Origin: an uncultured delta proteobacterium
GTDB lineage: Bacteria; Desulfobacterota; Desulfuromonadia; Geobacterales; Pseudopelobacteraceae
NCBI GenBank assembly: GCA_963772835.1
Contig: CAVYYZ010000024.1
Span: 96,001 to 160,000 of the forward strand
Length of the DNA stretch: 64,000 nt
Direction of reading: 5' to 3'
In this document: positions 8,274-20,127 of the stretch, one piece after another
Layout of the letters: each line of letters starts with the position of its first letter
Numbering within the stretch: position 1 is the first letter of the stretch
Translations under genes and position numbers: made by a program
The notes under the pieces: model-generated
Database searches by the model: none
What the model was told of the DNA's origin: nothing
What the model saw: the letters and a program-made list of their open reading frames with translations, nothing else

Positions 8274-9443
8274 TTAATCTACAGACTTACGTAAAAAAGT
8301 CGGAATATCATACTGATCGTCATCATCTTCAATAAAAGAGACGGGTGGACGGATTCTCGTGACATTCTCAGTTCTTTCTTTGTCACGCTGGAATGTCGGC
8401 CGGTCGAGAGAAGCTGGGCTGACGACATGTTTGTCAGCCAATGCGAAGTTATTTTTCCGGAGTTCCCTCCCTTTCTCAACATCAAAACGATCGCCGAAAC
8501 CGGTTGCGATGACGGTCACTTTGATGTTTTCACCCATTTCATCGTCCCGGACAACACCTATCTTGATATTGGCTTCTTCGTGGACTTTCTCGTGAACGAT
8601 ACGGTTAACAGTATTGTAATCGTCCATGGTCATTGATGCCGATCCGCTGATGTTGACAAGTACGCCTTTGGCACCCGAGATATCGTTGTCCTCCAGTAAC
8701 GGGCTTGAAATGGCGTTGTTTACCGCGTCGGCAGCACGATTATCGCCACTCCCCATGCCAATGCCCATCATGGCCATTCCGCGAACACTCATGACCGTCT
8801 TGACATCAGCAAAGTCAAGATTCATCAGTCCAGTAGAGGTGATCAGTTCGGAAATACCCTGAACTGCCTGACGAAGTACGTCATCTGAAGGCTTGAAGGC
8901 ATCGAAAAGGGACATGTTTTTACTGGCCAGGCTGATGAGGCGATCATTGGGAATGATAATCAGTGAATCTACATGCTTCTTCAGGTCTGCGATTCCCTGT
9001 TCAGCCAACAGGGTACGCGCCTTGCCCTCATAGGTGAATGGCTTTGTGACGACTCCGACGGTCAGGACTCCGGTTTCGCGTGCTGCCTGGGCGATTACAG
9101 GTGCGGCGCCGGTACCGGTGCCTCCGCCCATTCCGGCTGCTATGAAAACCAGATCTGCTCCTTTGATTGCTTCGGCAAGTTGTTCCCTGTTTTCAAGTGC
9201 GGCGGCTGTTCCAACCTCAGGCTTTGAGCCGGCACCGAGCCCTTTGGTCAGTTCCCGTCCCAGCTGCAGTTTAACCGGAGCTTTCGAGGTGCGTAGCGAT
9301 TGGGCGTCCGTGTTGGCAACAATAAAATCAACTTTATGTATGGAACTTGATATCATGGTGTTGACTGCATTTCCACCACCGCCCCCGACCCCGATTACTT
9401 TGATAACGGCGCTTTGCTCAATGGTCTCATCAAATTCGAACAT
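8274..9443 (-). CDS. ftsZ: Cell division protein FtsZ
   Basis: GVGGGGGNAV, GGGTGTG tubulin motif, NLDFADV, C-terminal DIPTFLRK. Confidence 0.99.
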   Translation of the reverse strand: MFEFDETIEQSAVIKVIGVGGGGGNAVNTMISSSIHKVDFIVANTDAQSLRTSKAPVKLQLGRELTKGLGAGSKPEVGTAAALENREQLAEAIKGADLVFIAAGMGGGTGTGAAPVIAQAARETGVLTVGVVTKPFTYEGKARTLLAEQGIADLKKHVDSLIIIPNDRLISLASKNMSLFDAFKPSDDVLRQAVQGISELITSTGLMNLDFADVKTVMSVRGMAMMGIGMGSGDNRAADAVNNAISSPLLEDNDISGAKGVLVNISGSASMTMDDYNTVNRIVHEKVHEEANIKIGVVRDDEMGENIKVTVIATGFGDRFDVEKGRELRKNNFALADKHVVSPASLDRPTFQRDKERTENVTRIRPPVSFIEDDDDQYDIPTFLRKSVD

Positions 9444-9694
9444 ACAGTTCTCCCTCTATATTTTATGTCTTAAATTTCGTTATGAGTGACAGAAATGTAA
9501 CCTCATTTTAACCAAGAATCAAAGAAAAAAATAATATATTTTTTAAGAAAAAAAGGTGTCTTTAAAAATCAGAGTGTTAGGGGAATGTCTGCCGGAGTTA
9601 CGGGCATTTGAGCGGCTGTACCATAAAAAATCAGGCTGTTTATCCGGGAGATAAACAGCCTGATTGCTGTGTGCCGTTGAGCATCGCATCCGGG

Positions 9695-10933
9695 TTAAAA
9701 AAATTCGCGGAACCACCCCTTCATGCGACCAAAAACAGAACCGAAAAGATTAGCTTCAGGTTTGCCGGTCGGGAACTCGCGGGAACCTGAGTTGCGACTC
9801 CCGTACACAACAAGGCCGACGCCTGTAGAATAGACCGGAGATTTTACGACATCGGTCAATCCGCCGATTTTCTGCGGGAGTCCCCGCCGGACCGGCAGAT
9901 TGAATATCTGTTCAGCCAGTTCCGGAATTCCTTCCAGGATGCTTGAACCGCCGGTGATGACGATACCTGATGCGATTGAGTCTTCCAGGCCTGATTTAAT
10001 GATTTCGCGGTTGACGAGCGAGAATATTTCTTCCATGCGCGGACCCAGTATTTCACATAATACGTTACGCGAAAGTTCGCGGGGCTTACGGCCGCCGACG
10101 CTCGGAACTTCAATCTTGTCTTCTTTGCCGACAAGTGAAGCCAGGCAGCAGCCGTACTTCTGCTTGATTTTCTCAGCTTCGGCAAACGGAGTACGAAGCC
10201 CCACGGCAATATCGTTCGTAAGCTGATTACCCCCCAGAGAGATAACCGATGTATATTTGATCGCCCCATCGGCAAAAATGGCAATATCGGTAGTACCACC
10301 GCCGATATCGACCATGCAGACGCCGAGCTCTTTTTCATCTTCGGAAAGGACCGCGTGGGACGATGCCAACTGCTCCAGTACGATATCAGCGACATCCAGT
10401 CCGGCCCGGTTACAGGATTTGACTATGTTCTGTGCACTGGCCACGGCACCGGTCACGATGTGTACCTTGGCTTCCAACCTGACGCCGCTCATGCCGAGCG
10501 GTTCGCGGATGCCGTCCTGTTCGTCAATGATGAACTCCTGCGGAAGGATGTGCAGCACTTCTCGATCCATCGGGATATTGATCGCTTTGGCGGCATCGAT
10601 GACCCGCCGTACATCATCCTGTGAAACCTCGCGGTTCTTGATGGCGATAACACCATTTGAGTTCAGCCCTTTGATATGGCCGCCTGCAATGCCGGCAAAG
10701 ACAGACTTGATCTCGCAGCCGGCCATCAGTTCCGCTTCTTCGATAGCTTTGCGAATGGCGCCTACAGTGCTTTCAATGTTAATGACAACGCCCTTGCGCA
10801 GGCCGCTTGAAGGACTGGTTCCGATACCGACGATATCGATACCTTCTTCCGTGACATTACCGACGATGGCGCAAATTTTGGTTGTGCCGATGTCGAGACC
10901 GACGATCAGACTATCCCGCTTTGTTGCTGACAT
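9695..10933 (-). CDS. ftsA: Cell division protein FtsA
   Basis: GLDIGTTKI, VDIGGGTTD, C-terminal amphipathic WFREFF. Confidence 0.99.
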   Translation of the reverse strand: MSATKRDSLIVGLDIGTTKICAIVGNVTEEGIDIVGIGTSPSSGLRKGVVINIESTVGAIRKAIEEAELMAGCEIKSVFAGIAGGHIKGLNSNGVIAIKNREVSQDDVRRVIDAAKAINIPMDREVLHILPQEFIIDEQDGIREPLGMSGVRLEAKVHIVTGAVASAQNIVKSCNRAGLDVADIVLEQLASSHAVLSEDEKELGVCMVDIGGGTTDIAIFADGAIKYTSVISLGGNQLTNDIAVGLRTPFAEAEKIKQKYGCCLASLVGKEDKIEVPSVGGRKPRELSRNVLCEILGPRMEEIFSLVNREIIKSGLEDSIASGIVITGGSSILEGIPELAEQIFNLPVRRGLPQKIGGLTDVVKSPVYSTGVGLVVYGSRNSGSREFPTGKPEANLFGSVFGRMKGWFREFF

Positions 10934-10969
10934 ACAATTCCCCCTGCTGAAAAGTATTAAATGTGAGAA

Positions 10970-11794
10970 TCAGCTCTTTTTTATGATTATTTTGTCGTTG
11001 TAATCGAGATCGATATACTGAATTGAAGGCATCTGTACCATCAAATCCTGGTAGATTTTGGCAAACCGCTCCACTTTTTCGAGGAAGTCCCCTGAGCCGA
11101 CTTTGACCGGGAGTGCATTATTCGCTGTGAACAGAGTAAAACCGTACCCCTTATCGTAATGAATCTCTGATACATCCGCAAGGATAAATGCACCTTTCTC
11201 GCGTAATATCTTCAGGAGGAGGCAGGTGGTTTCAAGCGCTTCTTTAGCCCCTTTCGGGTCGCTGCCCAGTTCCTCCTCGCTGAAACCGGTTACAACCGGA
11301 TAATTAAGTTTGTCTCCTTGAGTAAGAACCTTGAAGACATTCCCTTTCTTGTCAAGATAATAAATGAACCCCATGTTGACGATTGCTACCGGTTCGCGTT
11401 CGGTGATGACGATTGAAATGCCATCGGGAAAATATCGATTGATACGTACGGTTTCCACCCAGGGGTTCTGCAGAATATGTTCTCCCATGCGTTTCAGGTT
11501 CATGCGGAGCAGATCCTTGCCCGGTTCTACGCCGGCCAAACCAAGGATTTCATCACGGGTCAGGTGCTTGGCGCTCGATACTTCAATCGATGTGAGAGAA
11601 AACAGGGTGACCTTTGTTACGGCTTTATAGCAACCGTACAGTATGCCGGTCACCAGCAAAAGTGCTGCCAGTCCGCCGGCAGCCATCTTCAGCGGGCGCA
11701 GATATTTCTTGAGATCACGCGGTGCGCGCTGAATCTTGATCTTGTTTGGCGCAACCTTTCTGCGCTGGTATGATGAATTTGCGAAGTCTCGCAC
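10970..11794 (-). CDS. ftsQ: Cell division protein FtsQ/DivIB
   Basis: Single TM, POTRA-like region (NPWVETVRINRYFPD, EREPVA), YIDL; position between ddl and ftsA. Confidence 0.93.
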   Translation of the reverse strand: MRDFANSSYQRRKVAPNKIKIQRAPRDLKKYLRPLKMAAGGLAALLLVTGILYGCYKAVTKVTLFSLTSIEVSSAKHLTRDEILGLAGVEPGKDLLRMNLKRMGEHILQNPWVETVRINRYFPDGISIVITEREPVAIVNMGFIYYLDKKGNVFKVLTQGDKLNYPVVTGFSEEELGSDPKGAKEALETTCLLLKILREKGAFILADVSEIHYDKGYGFTLFTANNALPVKVGSGDFLEKVERFAKIYQDLMVQMPSIQYIDLDYNDKIIIKKS

Positions 11795-11797
11795 CTG

Positions 11798-12727
11798 TCA
11801 GTTCACCTTTATCGAGAGCGCAGCAGATTCTAAAATTCGTGAAACAAGCTCCTCAAACGACAATCCTGCCCCTTTCGCTGCGATTTCCGGGAGAAGCGAG
11901 AGAGCAGTCATTCCCGGTAGCGTGTTAACTTCAAGAACAAAGCAGTCGCCGGCAGAGGTCACAAGCAGGTCCACACGGCTGTACCCTTTGCAGCCCAGGG
12001 CACGGTGGGCAGCCAGACCGACCTGCTGTGCTTTATCATACAACCCTTGTTCCAGGCGGGCCGGGAAGATATGTTCCGCCATACCGTCCGTATATTTTGC
12101 TTCAAAGTCGTAGAATTCATTTTTAGGGACGATTTCGATGGCACCGACCGGCCTGTCGTCCAGGATGCCAATCTGTACCTCCTGTCCTTTGACATACTGC
12201 TCTATCAGGATCTCTTCATCATATCGGAAAGCCAGTTGAAGGGCCGCTTCCAGTTGGCTGTCATCTTTAACAATGGTGATCCCGACTGATGAGCCTTCCT
12301 GAACCGGTTTGACAACCAGCGGCAGGTCGAATGGCAGTTCGTTCAGCCTGACGGTTTGACCGCGTTGGTAACATCGAAAGGGTGCAGTCAGTATGCCGCT
12401 GGAAGCAAAAATCTGCTTGCTGTACAGCTTGTGCATGGCCAGGGCACTGGCCAGTACGCCGGATCCGGTGTAAGGGATCTTCAGCAGCTCGAGCAACCCC
12501 TGTACGCAGCCATCTTCTCCGTAGCGGCCATGCAGGGCGATAAAGGCAACGTCGACCCCTTCGCGCTGCAGTACTTCTGCCAGATCGCGCCCGACATCCA
12601 CTGCCACCGCGTTGTACCCCTGTGCAATAAGCGCCTGGTAAACTGCGGTGCCGCTCTTCAGTGAGACCTCCCGCTCGGCCGACAGGCCGCCGAACAGGAC
12701 GCCGATTTTTTTTGATTTAGGTGTCAC
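11798..12727 (-). CDS. ddl: D-alanine--D-alanine ligase
   Basis: [36 protein letters not shown] start at 12727 chosen from RBS. Confidence 0.97.
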   Translation of the reverse strand: MTPKSKKIGVLFGGLSAEREVSLKSGTAVYQALIAQGYNAVAVDVGRDLAEVLQREGVDVAFIALHGRYGEDGCVQGLLELLKIPYTGSGVLASALAMHKLYSKQIFASSGILTAPFRCYQRGQTVRLNELPFDLPLVVKPVQEGSSVGITIVKDDSQLEAALQLAFRYDEEILIEQYVKGQEVQIGILDDRPVGAIEIVPKNEFYDFEAKYTDGMAEHIFPARLEQGLYDKAQQVGLAAHRALGCKGYSRVDLLVTSAGDCFVLEVNTLPGMTALSLLPEIAAKGAGLSFEELVSRILESAALSIKVN

Positions 12728-12765
12728 TGAAACCTTCCTTACGCGCAATCTGCACACTGCAGAAG

Positions 12766-13683
12766 TTAAACTTCACCAACTATACGGACTTCTTCATCCA
12801 GTGTCACTCCGGATATTGAGAATACGGCGTTTTTTACGGTTGTCGCGAGAGTCATGAAATCCTGAGCGGTCGCTCCCCCCGTGTTGATCAGGAAGTTGCT
12901 GTGTACCTCAGAAACCTGTGCACCGCCAACTTTTGTACCGCGCATGCCGGCTGCGTCGATCAATCTCCAGGCGGCCTGACCGTTCGGGTTTTTGAAGAAC
13001 GATCCCGCGCTGGGGAAGCCGACGTTATGCTTGGAGCGGCGTAACTCCAGATCCTTGCGGACCTCCTCCTCGGTCAGGAGCGGATCGCGCCGGTCCAGTC
13101 TGAATGTAGCTGCCAGTACGATGTCGCCATCCTCCAGTCGCAGGTGACGGTATCCGTAATCAAGATCCTCCATTCGGAACTCACCGATTGTGCCGTCTCG
13201 CAACAGAGTGAGGTGGTCGGTCCTCGTCAGGATCCCCTCGCCATACGCACCGGCGTTCATCTTTATGGCGCCGCCGATTGTGCCGGGAATTCCGGATATA
13301 AAACCGATACCTCCAAGCCCATTGTTCTGGGCAAATCTGACCACGGCCAGATTCTCGGCACCTGCCTCCGCTCGTATGTAACCTCCCTCGGAAAAGGACA
13401 GGTCGGAGCCGGCATGCGGTATGACTTCAATCCGGTCGAACCGCTCCAGTGAAATCACCGCCCCGCGAATCCCCTTGTCCCGCACCAGCAGGTTGTACCC
13501 CCTGCCGATCGGTATCCACGCGATGTGCTCATCATTCAGCCACATCAGCAGATTGTGCAGATCCGCACCATCTTCCGGAATCGCATAAAGGTCCGCCGGC
13601 CCTCCTGTCTTAAGCGAAGTATGGAGGCACATGGGTTCGTTGCGCAGCAGTCGGCCGCGAAACTCGAATGCTGGCGGTTTCAA
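12766..13683 (-). CDS. murB: UDP-N-acetylenolpyruvoylglucosamine reductase
   Basis: [42 protein letters not shown] start overlapping murC stop (inferred). Confidence 0.95.
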   Translation of the reverse strand: MKPPAFEFRGRLLRNEPMCLHTSLKTGGPADLYAIPEDGADLHNLLMWLNDEHIAWIPIGRGYNLLVRDKGIRGAVISLERFDRIEVIPHAGSDLSFSEGGYIRAEAGAENLAVVRFAQNNGLGGIGFISGIPGTIGGAIKMNAGAYGEGILTRTDHLTLLRDGTIGEFRMEDLDYGYRHLRLEDGDIVLAATFRLDRRDPLLTEEEVRKDLELRRSKHNVGFPSAGSFFKNPNGQAAWRLIDAAGMRGTKVGGAQVSEVHSNFLINTGGATAQDFMTLATTVKNAVFSISGVTLDEEVRIVGEV

Positions 13684-15059
13684 CGAGGTGCTCCTAATAA
13701 TCTGACCAGCTCTTCTCCCTGTTGCCAAATGTTCCCGGCTCCCAGCGTAATGACAATGTCACCTTCTCTCACTATTCCTGCCAGGTGCCCGGGGATCAGC
13801 TCCCGATTTGCAATCCAGGTGACATCCTTCTGGCCGTGCCGCAGAATCTCAGCTGCCAGCCGTTCTGACGTTGCTCCCGGAATCGGCTGTTCTCCTGCCG
13901 AATAGACATCTGTCAGAATCAGTGAGTCTGCATCGTAGAAGGCGGTCACAAAATCGTTGAACAGCTCATGTGTGCGAGAGTAGCGGTGTGGTTGAAAAGC
14001 GGCCACGATACGCCGTTCGGGCCATCCCTGACGGGCTGCCGCCAGCGTCGCTCTGATCTCGGCCGGATGGTGCCCGTAGTCGTCCACCACCATAATTCCC
14101 TGTGGTTCTCCCTTGACGGTAAAGCGTCGTCCGACACCGCTGAACCCGGCAAAACCTTCCTGAATTGCCGCAAAAGGGACATCCAGCTCCAATGCCACCG
14201 CAATGCAGGCCATGGCATTGAGGACATTATGCGGTCCCGGCATCGGAAAGGAGATTTCACCGAGCCGGTACCCTTTGAAATGTGCGACAAACGACGTCAG
14301 AAAGCCGTCATGCCTGATATGGGTGGCTCGAATGTCGGCCTGGGCTGATAATCCGTATGTCATATACCGCTTTTTGACCAGTGGCAGAATCTCGCAAATA
14401 TGTTTGTCATCCAGGCAGAGAACTGCCAGCCCGTAAAAGGGGACTTTGTTGATGAATTCGACAAAAGTGTCCTTGATCTCTTCAATGCCGGAATAGTGGT
14501 CAAGATGGTCAGCATCGATATTGGTAACCACGGCGATCGTCGGTGAGAGCAGCAGGAATGATCCATCCGATTCGTCCGCTTCGGCAAGCAGGAATTTGCC
14601 CTGTCCGATCTGGGCGTTTGTTCCGATAGCATTCAGTTTCCCGCCGATGACTACCGTTGGATCGATACCGGCATGTCCGAGTATGGCTGCGGCCATCGAG
14701 GTGGTCGTGGTTTTCCCGTGGGTTCCGGCGATGGCGATGCCGTATTTCATCCGCATCAGTTCGGCCAGCATTTCCGCACGAGGGATAACAGGTATATGCA
14801 GCCGTTTGGCTTCAATTACTTCGGGGTTGTCGCTGTGCACGGCGGAGGATATGACCACCACATCAACATTTTTCAGGTTTTCTGCCGTGTGTCCGATACC
14901 GATTTCGGCACCCAGTCCGGTCAGGCGCTCGGTTATTTCGGAACCGCGCAAATCGGACCCGGAAACTTTGTAATCCAGATTAAGGAGAACTTCAGCAATT
15001 CCGCTCATGCCGATGCCGCCGATTCCGACGAAGTGAATTTTATCGATTTTTCCGTACAT
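13680..15059 (-). CDS. murC: UDP-N-acetylmuramate--L-alanine ligase
   Basis: [35 protein letters not shown]. Confidence 0.98.
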   Translation of the reverse strand: MYGKIDKIHFVGIGGIGMSGIAEVLLNLDYKVSGSDLRGSEITERLTGLGAEIGIGHTAENLKNVDVVVISSAVHSDNPEVIEAKRLHIPVIPRAEMLAELMRMKYGIAIAGTHGKTTTTSMAAAILGHAGIDPTVVIGGKLNAIGTNAQIGQGKFLLAEADESDGSFLLLSPTIAVVTNIDADHLDHYSGIEEIKDTFVEFINKVPFYGLAVLCLDDKHICEILPLVKKRYMTYGLSAQADIRATHIRHDGFLTSFVAHFKGYRLGEISFPMPGPHNVLNAMACIAVALELDVPFAAIQEGFAGFSGVGRRFTVKGEPQGIMVVDDYGHHPAEIRATLAAARQGWPERRIVAAFQPHRYSRTHELFNDFVTAFYDADSLILTDVYSAGEQPIPGATSERLAAEILRHGQKDVTWIANRELIPGHLAGIVREGDIVITLGAGNIWQQGEELVRLLGAPR

Positions 15060-15076
15060 GGGAACACCTTCCTGAT

Positions 15077-16171
15077 TTAGTGGGCCTGCATCATTTCATC
15101 GACAATGATTCTGGCGGCATCCAGCCGCGCCAGACTAAGTGCCGATTCTCCGGTACGGCGCACAAGATCCGGGTCTTTTGCAATCGTGCTGACGGCTCCG
15201 GCCAGGCTCGCTCCCGTCAGTTCCCGCTCCAGCATCATGAAGCAGGCGTCCTTCTTGAGCAGTGCCTCGGCGTTGCGACGCTGATGATCATCTACTGCGT
15301 GCGGAAAAGGTATGAACAGGCAGGTCTTGCCGCAGGCGGTCACTTCGGCAATGGTTGTGGCGCCGGCCCGGCAAATTATCAGGTCCGCCCGGGCGTATTC
15401 TGTCGCCATATCGCTGATAAAGGGCATTACCTGCGCTTCGATGCCTGCATCCCGGTACGCTGCGGCAACTTCGGCACAATCCTTCTCTCCGGTCTGGTGT
15501 GTGATTGCTATCCTGCCCAGACTCTCTTTCAACAGCGGGAGCGCTTCAATCATGGCGATATTGATGGCGTGGGCGCCCTGGCTGCCGCCAAAGATAAAAA
15601 GCCGGAAAACGTCTGCAGATCCGGAAACAGCAACATTGGAAGATGACGCTTTTTCAACCATATCAAGAATCTGACGCCGCAGCGGGTTACCGGTCAGCAG
15701 CGTCGATGCGGCAGGGAAATATCGTGTCGACTCTTCCAGTGTTATGAATACTTTGCTGGCGAACCTGGACAGCAGGCGATTTGTCTGGCCGGGAATGGCA
15801 TTCTGTTCGTGTATGAAACGGGGGATCTGCAAGCCGCGGCTCGCCAGAACCATCGGCAGGGATGCATATCCACCAACGCCAAGAACCATATCCGGACGGA
15901 ATCTCTTCAGGATCTTTCTCGACTGGGCGTAGCCGTAGACCATCATGAACGCGCCTTTAATCTGGCTGAAAGTCCCTTTGCCGCGAATCCCCGCAGCTGA
16001 AATCAATTCCAATTGATAGCCGGCCGCCGGAACAGACCGCGCCTCAATCCCCCGTTCGGTTCCGACAAACAAGACTTCGTTGACCGAATCCCTCGACAAA
16101 AATTCTTCGGCGACGGCGATTCCGGGGAAAAGATGCCCGCCGGTGCCTCCACCGGCAATAATCAGCTTCAT
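15077..16171 (-). CDS. murG: Lipid II GlcNAc transferase
   Basis: GGGTGGH, HEQNA, GGSQGA, RAGATT, HQRRNA. Confidence 0.98.
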   Translation of the reverse strand: MKLIIAGGGTGGHLFPGIAVAEEFLSRDSVNEVLFVGTERGIEARSVPAAGYQLELISAAGIRGKGTFSQIKGAFMMVYGYAQSRKILKRFRPDMVLGVGGYASLPMVLASRGLQIPRFIHEQNAIPGQTNRLLSRFASKVFITLEESTRYFPAASTLLTGNPLRRQILDMVEKASSSNVAVSGSADVFRLFIFGGSQGAHAINIAMIEALPLLKESLGRIAITHQTGEKDCAEVAAAYRDAGIEAQVMPFISDMATEYARADLIICRAGATTIAEVTACGKTCLFIPFPHAVDDHQRRNAEALLKKDACFMMLERELTGASLAGAVSTIAKDPDLVRRTGESALSLARLDAARIIVDEMMQAH

Positions 16172-17298
16172 TTTTCCTCCTTGAGGCTGACGGAGGAGAT
16201 TTTCAGTCCCGACGAAATGTTGAGTAGGATGCCGACGGCAAACAGACTGATCAGCAGGGAGCTGCCGCCGTAACTGATAAAGGGAAGGGCCAAACCTTTT
16301 GTCGGGAGCAGACCGGTCACAACGCCCATATTGACAGAGGCTTCTATTCCGAACAGAACGGCAATTCCGAGAGCCAGAAACCGCCCGAATGTATCGGGAG
16401 CTGCAACAGCGATTCGCATGGCGCGCTGCACCAGGAGAAAGAACATGCCGATGATTACGACCACACCAAGGAAGCCGAGTTCCTCACCGACTACCGAGAG
16501 AATAAAGTCGGTATGCGCTTCAGGTAGATAGAAGAGTTTCTGTTTCCCTTCACCCAGTCCCCGTCCGAAAAGCCCCCCGGTTCCAAGGGCCAGCCAGGAT
16601 TGGATGATCTGAAAGCCGCTGTTCTGTGGATCCTGCCACGGGTCGAGAAAAGCCAGAATGCGCCGTTTGCGGTATGCGACGTTCATAATCAGAAAATAGA
16701 TGAACGGCATCGACATCAGAACTATGGATATAATATAGACCAGCCGGGTTCCGGCGGCAAAAAGCATTATAATGGCGACAGCCGCCAGTGTAAGTGCAGA
16801 GCCCATATCCGGCTGTTTAAGCAGAAGTCCCAGCATCACGAGGAGAATCAGCATATATGAGACAAATCCGGGGCCGAGCTGTTTGATTTTGTCCTGTTTT
16901 CTGTCAAGTGAATAGGCCATATAGATAATCAGGGCTATTTTAGCGATCTCAGATGGTTGAAAATTAAACCCGGGGAACAGTCGTATCCAGCGGGAAGCAC
17001 CACCTGCGCTCCCTCCTATTCCGGGGATAAGCACCAGTACCAGCAGCACGATGCATCCAAGGAGGATCGGAGCGGCCAGCTTGCGCCAGAATTGGTAGTT
17101 GATCCGCATGGTGACCAGCATCAGTGCAAAGCCGAGGAGGGCAAACAATCCCTGGCGTTTGAGGAAGAAGAAACCGTCGTGAAAACGTTTGGCCGCCATT
17201 ATGGAAGACGCCGAATATACCATTACCACCCCGAAACAGGTAAGGGCAATGGCCATCAGCATGATCACCAGATCGTATTCTTCCAGTTTCTTGAACAT
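16168..17298 (-). CDS. ftsW: SEDS peptidoglycan polymerase FtsW
   Basis: FQPSE, QPDMG, LPEAHTDF, KGLALPFISYGGSS. Confidence 0.97.
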   Translation of the reverse strand: MFKKLEEYDLVIMLMAIALTCFGVVMVYSASSIMAAKRFHDGFFFLKRQGLFALLGFALMLVTMRINYQFWRKLAAPILLGCIVLLVLVLIPGIGGSAGGASRWIRLFPGFNFQPSEIAKIALIIYMAYSLDRKQDKIKQLGPGFVSYMLILLVMLGLLLKQPDMGSALTLAAVAIIMLFAAGTRLVYIISIVLMSMPFIYFLIMNVAYRKRRILAFLDPWQDPQNSGFQIIQSWLALGTGGLFGRGLGEGKQKLFYLPEAHTDFILSVVGEELGFLGVVVIIGMFFLLVQRAMRIAVAAPDTFGRFLALGIAVLFGIEASVNMGVVTGLLPTKGLALPFISYGGSSLLISLFAVGILLNISSGLKISSVSLKEEK

Positions 17299-17311
17299 AG
17301 ATGTTTTTCCC

Positions 17312-17385
17312 GTAGGGGCGCATTGAATGCGCCCTTGTTGCAACAGTGTGCCAAAGAGGCCCGGGCGGACGCAGTCCGCCCCTAC
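17312..17385. repeat. GTAG-family REP doublet (REPIN-like)
   Basis: GTAGGGGCGCATTGAATGCGCCC and inverted GGGCGGACGCAGTCCGCCCCTAC; each is GTAG plus a palindrome. Confidence 0.8.
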
Positions 17386-18722
17386 AGTGCCTTTACCGCA
17401 GCGATAAACCGCTGCGCACGCTCTTCATAATCTTTGAACATATCAAAGCTGGAACAGGCCGGTGACATCAGAACGGTGCCGCCGGTGGCCGTAATCTGTG
17501 CCGAAATCTGAACGGCATCTTCCAGAGTGGCTGCGCGGTGGGTATCGGCCATCTGCCCCAGTTCCCGTTCCATCCGCTCAGCTGCTTCGCCGATCAGTAT
17601 CAGGTGCTGTACGCGTTCCTGCACCAGCGGTACAAGCGGGCTGTATGAGCCACCTTTGTCTTTTCCGCCGGCTATGAGTGTGATGTTGGTAAAGCTTTCC
17701 AGCGCTTTTTCGACGCTGCCAACGTTAGTTGCCTTGCTGTCCTCGTAATAACTGACGCCGTTCACTTCTCGCACAAACTCCATACGATGGTGAAGTGCTT
17801 CAAAGCAGAGAATCGTCTCATAAGTTTCATCCGGACGGCAGCCGAGCAACAGAGCGCAAGCAACGGCCGCCATGATATTTTCCCGATTATGTACTCCCTG
17901 CAACCGGATGGCGGCGGTGGGAAAACATTCCTCGTGACCGTTATGACGATAGGTGATTACTCCCTCTTTGTAGAAGATCCCTTCGTCAAGTTCAATTTTT
18001 CTGCTGAACGGGAACAACGAGGCCTTAAGGCCCTGTGCATGCTTCCAGACCAGCGGGTCATCCCGGTTGACGACGGCGAAATCGTCCTCAGTCTGGTTTT
18101 CAAAGATGCGCAGCTTGGCAGCGATATACGCCTGATAATCCGGATAGCGGTCGAGATGATCTTCACTCAGGTTCAACAGTGCCGCCACGGTCGGCCGGAA
18201 CGATGTGATCCACTCCAGCTGGAATGAACTGATTTCTGCGACGACCTGGTCTACAATCTGATGTGATTCCGCCAGTTCAATCAGTGGGTTGCCGATGTTG
18301 CCGCCAACAAACGTGTGATAGCCGTTGTGCCTGAATATAGCACCCAGAAGGGTTGTGGTTGTAGTCTTGCCGTTGGTGCCGGTGATTGCAGCCAATGGCA
18401 CATCGATGAAGCGGGCCGCCAGTTCTATCTCACTGATGATCTCTCGTCCGGCACGCTGTGCCGCAACAAGTTGCGGCAGATCCATTGGTACGCCGGGGGA
18501 AACCACTATCAGATCAACGGTCAGAAAGGTGTTCTCGTCATGTCGTTCCAACTCAGTGGTGATGTTGTAGTGCCCCAGTTCTGCCAATGCTGCTGCAAGA
18601 TCTGATTCAGAACGCATGTCGGAGACAGTCACCTGAGCTCCTTTTGCGGCCAGAAAACGGGCACAGGCCACGCCGGTCTTGGCGAGGCCGACGACGAGAA
18701 TTTTCATGCCTATAGGTTCCAT
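17382..18722 (-). CDS. murD: UDP-MurNAc-L-Ala--D-glutamate ligase
   Basis: [37 protein letters not shown]. Confidence 0.98.
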   Translation of the reverse strand: MEPIGMKILVVGLAKTGVACARFLAAKGAQVTVSDMRSESDLAAALAELGHYNITTELERHDENTFLTVDLIVVSPGVPMDLPQLVAAQRAGREIISEIELAARFIDVPLAAITGTNGKTTTTTLLGAIFRHNGYHTFVGGNIGNPLIELAESHQIVDQVVAEISSFQLEWITSFRPTVAALLNLSEDHLDRYPDYQAYIAAKLRIFENQTEDDFAVVNRDDPLVWKHAQGLKASLFPFSRKIELDEGIFYKEGVITYRHNGHEECFPTAAIRLQGVHNRENIMAAVACALLLGCRPDETYETILCFEALHHRMEFVREVNGVSYYEDSKATNVGSVEKALESFTNITLIAGGKDKGGSYSPLVPLVQERVQHLILIGEAAERMERELGQMADTHRAATLEDAVQISAQITATGGTVLMSPACSSFDMFKDYEERAQRFIAAVKAL

Positions 18723-18734
18723 GGTCCGCTTCCC

Positions 18735-19001
18735 CTAAAATTGAAACTGAAGACCGACCTTGTACAGGTTATTAAAAATCACTGTACCCGTAAATTCGCC
18801 GGGAATCAAAAAGGAGTCGTTGCCGATCATGAGGCTGCATTGTCGTCCCTCAGGAATGGAACTCCGCTGTTTTCTGACAAACTTGATCAAGGCTCCTGTG
18901 TTAGAAATATTTTCAAGGATGCCTTTGTATGTTTTCCCGTTATATACAAGAAGGCAGTTGTTGAGACATTCAACCCGTTCGCTTTTTCTTTTTTCGGTCA
19001 T
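18735..19001 (-). CDS. Stand-alone PilZ-domain protein
   Basis: RKSER (RxxxR) and NISNTG (D/NxSxxG), C-terminal VGLQF; GGAGGA RBS before ATG 19001. Confidence 0.82.
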   Translation of the reverse strand: MTEKRKSERVECLNNCLLVYNGKTYKGILENISNTGALIKFVRKQRSSIPEGRQCSLMIGNDSFLIPGEFTGTVIFNNLYKVGLQFQF

Positions 19002-19047
19002 GTTCGTCCTCCTGTGAGTCACATTACTGCAGGACATCTGAGGTTTT

Positions 19048-20124
19048 TTATCTCATTTTCAGTGTTGAAATTGCTACCAGTGCCAGGATAATGCTGATAA
19101 TCCAGAAACGGACGATGATCTTTGGTTCAGCGACGCCTTTAAGTTCGAAGTGGTGGTGAATCGGTGCCATCCGGAAGATCCGCTTGCCGCGATATTTGTA
19201 GGAACCGACCTGAAAAATTACGGAAAGCGCCTCGACCACAAAAATTCCCCCTACGATCACGAGCAGAATCTCCTGCTTTGTCAGTATTGCGATCGTCCCG
19301 AGCGTCCCGCCCAGAGAGAGTGAACCGACGTCTCCCATAAAGACCTCCGCCGGATACGAGTTGTACCAGAGGAAGCCGAGGCCTGCACCGACCATTGCCC
19401 CGCACAGTACGGCAAGTTCTCCTGCACCCACCACTCGCGGTATCTGCAGATAAGCCGACAAGGTGGCGTGTCCGGCGATGTAGGAAAAGAGCATGTAGGT
19501 TGCGGCATTTATCGCCACCGGACCGATGGCAAGTCCGTCCAGCCCGTCAGTCAGGTTGACGGCGTTGCTGGCACCTACAATCACCAGCGTTGCAAACGGG
19601 ATAAACCAGATCCAGAGATCCGGATGAAAGTTTTTGAATAACGGGAAATAGAGCAGTTCACTGAACCCCGGCTTGAGGAACAGATACACGGCTACCGAAC
19701 CACCAAGTAAAACCTGCCAAAACAGTTTCTGGCGGGCAGACAGCCCCTTCGTATCTTTTTTGACTACTTTTTTGTAGTCGTCTACAAAGCCGATCAGGCC
19801 GAATCCGATCGTTATGAAAAGGGTGATCCAGATGTACTGATTGGTGAGATCTGCCCAGAGAAGGGTAGGGATGACAATAGCGGTAAGAATTATTACGCCG
19901 CCCATGGTGGGGGTCCCCTGCTTCTGCAGGTGCGATTCCGGACCGTCGGTGCGGATGACCTGGCGGGCCTGCAGAGATTCCAGCTTGCGAATGATCCAGG
20001 GGCCAAGGATGAAACATACCACCAGCGCTGTAATCATGGCATAAATAGTCCGGAATGTCAGATACTTGAATATATTAAACAGTTTGATGTTGGTCGCGAG
20101 CGGATAAAAAATGTGATAGAGCAT
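19048..20124 (-). CDS. mraY: Phospho-MurNAc-pentapeptide transferase
   Basis: [36 protein letters not shown]. Confidence 0.99.
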   Translation of the reverse strand: MLYHIFYPLATNIKLFNIFKYLTFRTIYAMITALVVCFILGPWIIRKLESLQARQVIRTDGPESHLQKQGTPTMGGVIILTAIVIPTLLWADLTNQYIWITLFITIGFGLIGFVDDYKKVVKKDTKGLSARQKLFWQVLLGGSVAVYLFLKPGFSELLYFPLFKNFHPDLWIWFIPFATLVIVGASNAVNLTDGLDGLAIGPVAINAATYMLFSYIAGHATLSAYLQIPRVVGAGELAVLCGAMVGAGLGFLWYNSYPAEVFMGDVGSLSLGGTLGTIAILTKQEILLVIVGGIFVVEALSVIFQVGSYKYRGKRIFRMAPIHHHFELKGVAEPKIIVRFWIISIILALVAISTLKMR

Positions 20125-20127
20125 GAG

